A stretch of 11,147 nucleotides of DNA from the IMG/VR virus record IMGVR_UViG_2541047774_000004, one strand, 5' to 3'. Below the pieces are notes generated by a model, which was given only the letters and a program-made list of their open reading frames with translations, did not search any database and was not told the origin of the DNA. Positions 7,545 to 11,147 of this stretch are shown piece after piece. Position numbers and translations under genes: made by a program. The DNA comes from a virus. Lineage: Duplodnaviria; Heunggongvirae; Uroviricota; Caudoviricetes. Numbering within the stretch: the stretch's first letter is position 1; each line of letters starts with the position of its first letter.

Positions 7545-10500
7545 ATGGCAGTAAAGATTTCAGGTGTACTGAAAGACGGTGCAGGTAAACCGGTACAGAA
7601 CTGCACAATCCAGCTGAAAGCAAAACGTAACAGCACCACGGTGGTGGTGAACACGGTGGCATCTGAAAATCCGGATGAAGCCGGGCGTTACAGCATGGAC
7701 GTTGAGTACGGTCAGTACCGCGTTATTCTGTTGGTGGAAGGATTCCCGCCGTCACATGCCGGGACCATCACCGTGTATGAAGATTCTCAACCCGGTACGC
7801 TGAATGATTTTCTCGGTGCCATGACGGAGGATGATGCCCGTCCGGAGGCACTGCGCCGTTTTGAACTGATGGTGGAAGAGGTGGCGCGTAACGCGTCCGC
7901 AGTGGCACAGAACACGGCAGCCGCAAAGAAGTCAGCCAGCGATGCCGGCACATCTGCCCGTGAGGCGGCAACCCATGCAACCGATGCTGCAGGCTCAGCA
8001 CGTGCCGCCAGCACGTCAGCCGGACAGGCTGCATCATCTGCTCAGTCAGCATCTTCCAGCGCAGGAACGGCATCAACAAAGGCCACTGAAGCATTAAAAA
8101 GTGCTGCCGCTGCAGAGTCCTCAAAAAGCGCGGCAGCCACCAGTGCCGGTGCGGCGAAAACGTCAGAAACGAATGCCGCAGCATCACAACTATCAGCAGC
8201 CACTTCTGCATCCACCGCGACCACGAAGGCGTCAGAAGCTGCCACCTCAGCCCGGGATGCGGCGGCCTCAAAAGAGGCAGCGAAATCATCAGAAACGAAC
8301 GCATCATCAAGTGCCAGTAGTGCAGCTTCCTCGGCAACGGCGGCAGGAAATTCCGCGAAGGCCGCAAAAACGTCTGAGACGAATGCGGATAACAGCGCAC
8401 AGGCGGCAGCAGACTCACAAACTGCATCGGCAAACTCCGCGACAGCAGCCAAAAAATCAGAAACCAACGCGAAAAATAGCGAGGCAGCAGCAAAGAGCAG
8501 CGAAACAAACGCTAAAGCCAGCGAAACTAATGCTAAATCCAGTGAAACAAACGCGGCGAAATCTGCGGCGGACGCACTTAATTATTGCAACCAGGCGCAA
8601 GTAATTGTTGGCGATAATATCGGTCTTGGCTCAGCCCCGCGTGATTGTCCTGATATTTCCGGCAACCCATCAGGGTATATCGGATTTATGCGCATTATGA
8701 GTAATGCAAAAGGCTTTCCATCGATTGCATCCGGTGAAAGCAGTCTTACGGGGTTTATTAGTCAGGTAGATGGAACACCAGCGTATACAGGTGTATTTCA
8801 GGGATGGGCTACGCGCTCGCTTTATACTTATCGCTGGAATCCGACAACAGGCCCGCAATGGACACGCCACGCTCGCAAAAATGAAGTGGACCGTCTTGAC
8901 CAATGGAATAGCGAAACATGGTTATATAACCATGATAAATCCATGCGCCTGGGTTTAACCGGATCAACATGGGGGTGTTACAGCGACACACAAAAAAAAT
9001 GGATACCGCTTGATGTTTCTCATGGTGGCACTGGCGCAAATAGCCTTGATGACGCCAAAACTAATTTGCAAATCCCTGAGGGTGGATTAACAAAAGCGAT
9101 GACCCTTAATGCCCCTGGTGGTGCAGTGGATGGCAAATACTACCCTGTCATAATAGACACATCTGCAATGAATGGGAGCGGTGCCATGTTATGTCCTGTT
9201 GAAATAAAAACAGCAGGAGGTCCGGCATCAAATCCGCTTAATAGTAACTCATTTTTTGGGTTCATTCGATGTGGTGGCTGGAGTGACGTTCGCGATGTGG
9301 CTTACGGGTCATTTGTTTGCTATGAAAAAAATGAACTCGGGATACTTTGCATTAAAGCGTCGCAAAGAGATTATGCGCAGCATGTAGCTTTCTACATCCA
9401 TAAAAGCGCTTTTCCTGTCGTTGTGCAAACTGGCTACAAGGCGAAAGTTAAGGTTCCAACAGAAGACTACGTAATTGGTGACAACGGGGTTAGATATAAG
9501 TTTGGTGTATCAACGTCAACGGAGGATAACGACAAGAACTTTGTTAAAAATGTTCTTGACTTCACTGGCGGTGAACATGGCTTCTACAGCAACCTTCCGT
9601 TCAGACAAGGGGTGTCAGAAAGGATTGCATTAACAAATGGCCTGAGTTTTGACAAAAATTTTACCGTCACTATTCCTATATTTGTAAACAATGGTCAGAT
9701 TAAAGCAACACAATCTTTCACCGCGTACGGTACAGACGCTTCAAACAGAACATTTGTTTCTCAAAGATTACAATCCGAAGGAGGTCCGGTTGTCGATCAA
9801 ACTGAACTAAGGGCCGCTAACGCTTCTGGTGAAATTATTGTCAGGGACATAAATAATTCAGGGAACAGTAAGTTCTTTAATTTTAACCTTGATGGTACCT
9901 TCAGTTCTTACCAGGGATTGGTTGTTCACACAGGGCAAAACTGGAGCACTCAACATACAGATAATGTAAATAAGTTTAAGCCAATAGCAGGGAGCGCAGG
10001 CGGTCCTGACGGAACAATGGTTGTTGGCGGATTCCATGCTCAATTTAGCGGTAATTACGTCACACAATTCGCCGGTCGCAACTCCAAATTTTGGGCAAGA
10101 AGCTTTGAGGCTGGGGTTGATAAGGGATGGAAACGACTATTAACAGTAGACGATCTCAATTCATCTACCGATCTTGCTGTCAGGTCATTAACCACATCTA
10201 ACCCGGTAAAATCTGGCGGAGGGCGAATTGATGTCCTTGGAAGCACGTCAGACTATAGCAAAATGGATTGCTTTGTACGTGGGTTTGATAGCACCGGTAA
10301 TTCTCTCGCGTGGGCGTTGGGTTCATCAGTCGGCGTAAGTAAGATGCTGTCGCTAAAAAATTTCTTTAGCGGAGCTGAGATACTGTTAAATGGTAATGAC
10401 GGCGCGGTTCAACTCAAAACAGGTGCTGTTAACGGGGCTAAAGCGCAGGCGCTCACTATCAACAAGGATGAGGTTAATTCAACTGTTGATTTAACTCTTA

Positions 10501-11147
10501 CAAAACAAACAGGGACTGGCAATCGTTTTGTTTTACAGAACTTAGGTAATACAGAACTATCATTTGCCGCAAAAGTATGGGGATCAAGTGATCGACAAAA
10601 CGTTTTTGAGGTTGGAACGTCTGCTGCGTATCTGTTTTATGCGCAAAAAACGTCAGCAGGCCAGTTGTTTGATGTAAATGGCGCTATTAATTGCACAACG
10701 CTGAATCAGTCATCAGACCGCGACCTTAAAGACGATATTCTCGTTATCAGCGACGCGACGAAAGCAATCCGTAAAATGAACGGATACACCTACACGCTCA
10801 GGGAAAACGGGATGCCTTATGCTGGCGTTATTGCACAGGAAGTAATGGAGGCGATACCAGAAGCTGTGGGATCGTTTACTCATTACGGTGAAGAGTTGCA
10901 GGGACCAACGGTTGACGGCAATGAATTACGTGAAGAAACACGTTATCTGAATGTTGACTACGCCGCCGTGACGGGGTTACTTGTTCAGGTCGCCCGTGAA
11001 ACAGATGGTCGCGTTACCGCGCTGGAAGAGGAAAACATAACGCTACGTAAAAATCTGGCAACAGCAGGCACCCGGATCAGCACTCTGGAAAATCAGGTAA
11101 GCGAACTGGTTGCACTTGTCGGGCAGTTAACAGGAAGCGAACATTGA
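7545..11147 (+). CDS. stf: Side tail fibre protein (Stf-like): lambda-Stf-like N-terminus, Ala/Ser-rich repetitive shaft, divergent distal region, C-terminal intramolecular chaperone domain; about 1200 aa
   Basis: Continuous ORF to TGA at 11145-11147. N-terminus MAVKISGVLKDGAGKPVQNCTIQLKAKRNSTTVVVNTV...GQYRVILLVEGFPPSHAGTITVYEDSQPGTLNDFL matches the recalled lambda Stf N-terminus, followed by SETNA-containing Ala/Ser-rich repeats. The ORF track starts at GTG 7539 (MNM...); ATG 7545 (MAVKISG) is preferred by analogy to lambda Stf. Confidence 0.9.
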   Translation: MAVKISGVLKDGAGKPVQNCTIQLKAKRNSTTVVVNTVASENPDEAGRYSMDVEYGQYRVILLVEGFPPSHAGTITVYEDSQPGTLNDFLGAMTEDDARPEALRRFELMVEEVARNASAVAQNTAAAKKSASDAGTSAREAATHATDAAGSARAASTSAGQAASSAQSASSSAGTASTKATEALKSAAAAESSKSAAATSAGAAKTSETNAAASQLSAATSASTATTKASEAATSARDAAASKEAAKSSETNASSSASSAASSATAAGNSAKAAKTSETNADNSAQAAADSQTASANSATAAKKSETNAKNSEAAAKSSETNAKASETNAKSSETNAAKSAADALNYCNQAQVIVGDNIGLGSAPRDCPDISGNPSGYIGFMRIMSNAKGFPSIASGESSLTGFISQVDGTPAYTGVFQGWATRSLYTYRWNPTTGPQWTRHARKNEVDRLDQWNSETWLYNHDKSMRLGLTGSTWGCYSDTQKKWIPLDVSHGGTGANSLDDAKTNLQIPEGGLTKAMTLNAPGGAVDGKYYPVIIDTSAMNGSGAMLCPVEIKTAGGPASNPLNSNSFFGFIRCGGWSDVRDVAYGSFVCYEKNELGILCIKASQRDYAQHVAFYIHKSAFPVVVQTGYKAKVKVPTEDYVIGDNGVRYKFGVSTSTEDNDKNFVKNVLDFTGGEHGFYSNLPFRQGVSERIALTNGLSFDKNFTVTIPIFVNNGQIKATQSFTAYGTDASNRTFVSQRLQSEGGPVVDQTELRAANASGEIIVRDINNSGNSKFFNFNLDGTFSSYQGLVVHTGQNWSTQHTDNVNKFKPIAGSAGGPDGTMVVGGFHAQFSGNYVTQFAGRNSKFWARSFEAGVDKGWKRLLTVDDLNSSTDLAVRSLTTSNPVKSGGGRIDVLGSTSDYSKMDCFVRGFDSTGNSLAWALGSSVGVSKMLSLKNFFSGAEILLNGNDGAVQLKTGAVNGAKAQALTINKDEVNSTVDLTLTKQTGTGNRFVLQNLGNTELSFAAKVWGSSDRQNVFEVGTSAAYLFYAQKTSAGQLFDVNGAINCTTLNQSSDRDLKDDILVISDATKAIRKMNGYTYTLRENGMPYAGVIAQEVMEAIPEAVGSFTHYGEELQGPTVDGNELREETRYLNVDYAAVTGLLVQVARETDGRVTALEEENITLRKNLATAGTRISTLENQVSELVALVGQLTGSEH
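8150..8565 (+). repeat. In-frame degenerate peptide repeats (K-[ST]-SETNA...) in the Stf shaft, ending in three tandem 21-nt units
   Basis: Protein motifs AKTSETNAAASQ, AKSSETNASSSA, AKTSETNADNSA, KKSETNAKNSE, then tandem SETNAKA-SETNAKS-SETNAAK encoded at about 8497-8565 (agcgaaacaaacgctaaagcc / agcgaaactaatgctaaatcc / agtgaaacaaacgcggcgaaa). Confidence 0.6.
10713..11144 (+). other. C-terminal intramolecular chaperone / autoproteolytic domain of Stf (peptidase S74-like, as in endosialidase and T5 L-shaped fibre)
   Basis: Motif NQSSDRDLKDDILVISDATKAIRKMNGYTYTL with Ser (codon 10713-10715) and Lys (codon 10728-10730) spaced S-x4-K, followed by a heptad-like C-terminal helix ...TALEEENITLRKNLATAGTRISTLENQVSELVALVGQL at the protein end. 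Confidence 0.6.

Noticed and set aside
8150-8565. Possibility that the repeated SETNA-encoding units are a CRISPR array or other non-coding repeat array
   Set aside because: The repeats are in-frame coding sequence inside a continuous ORF, are degenerate at DNA level, have irregular spacing and no repeat-spacer architecture; no cas genes are present.
8042-8604. Minus-strand 141-aa ORF (8042-8467) and plus-strand alternative-frame 167-aa ORF (8101-8604) inside the Stf repeat region
   Set aside because: Both are frame artefacts of the Ala/Ser-rich repeat tract (Ala/Asp/Phe-rich antisense; Arg/Gln/Pro-rich +1 frame). The Stf frame is continuous and matches the recalled lambda Stf.
8670-9039. 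Two small minus-strand ORFs (77 and 76 aa) in the AT-rich part of stf
   Set aside because: Short, antisense to a continuous 1200-aa ORF, no RBS or promoter context; AT-rich DNA readily yields short open frames. They would need transcript evidence to be taken seriously.
1-11147. A hidden defence or toxin-antitoxin system within the window
   Set aside because: Every gap between the eight + strand genes is 60 nt or less and is occupied by hairpins or RBSs; no additional plausible ORF, HEPN/nuclease/ATPase signature or small gene pair was found. The only accessory gene is lom. Hotspots for such systems would lie beyond the 3' edge of this window.

Overview
This window is the distal half of a lambda-like (lambdoid siphovirus) tail morphogenesis module, all on the + strand and almost certainly from an enterobacterial prophage or phage. 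In order it encodes: the C-terminal part of tape measure protein H (runs off the 5' edge), M, L, K, I (overlapping K), the central tail fibre/host-specificity protein J, the outer-membrane moron Lom, and a 1200-aa side tail fibre (Stf). Gene order, sizes and overlaps (H/M ATGA, M/L TGATG, K/I ~100 nt) match the lambda late operon. I see no tRNA, rRNA, CRISPR array, integrase, transposase or recognisable defence system, and I do not think the window holds a genuinely undescribed system. What is worth a second look is mosaicism at the two receptor-recognising tips: the last ~160 aa of J and the distal ~870 aa of Stf sit in DNA of visibly lower GC than the conserved lambda-like backbone. Stf also ends in an intramolecular-chaperone (peptidase S74-like) domain with a Ser-x4-Lys motif, rather than being followed by a separate tfa chaperone (the region downstream is outside the window). 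Hairpin-plus-T-tract terminators lie just upstream and just downstream of lom. All homology statements rest on recalled lambda protein sequences and motifs, not on searches.
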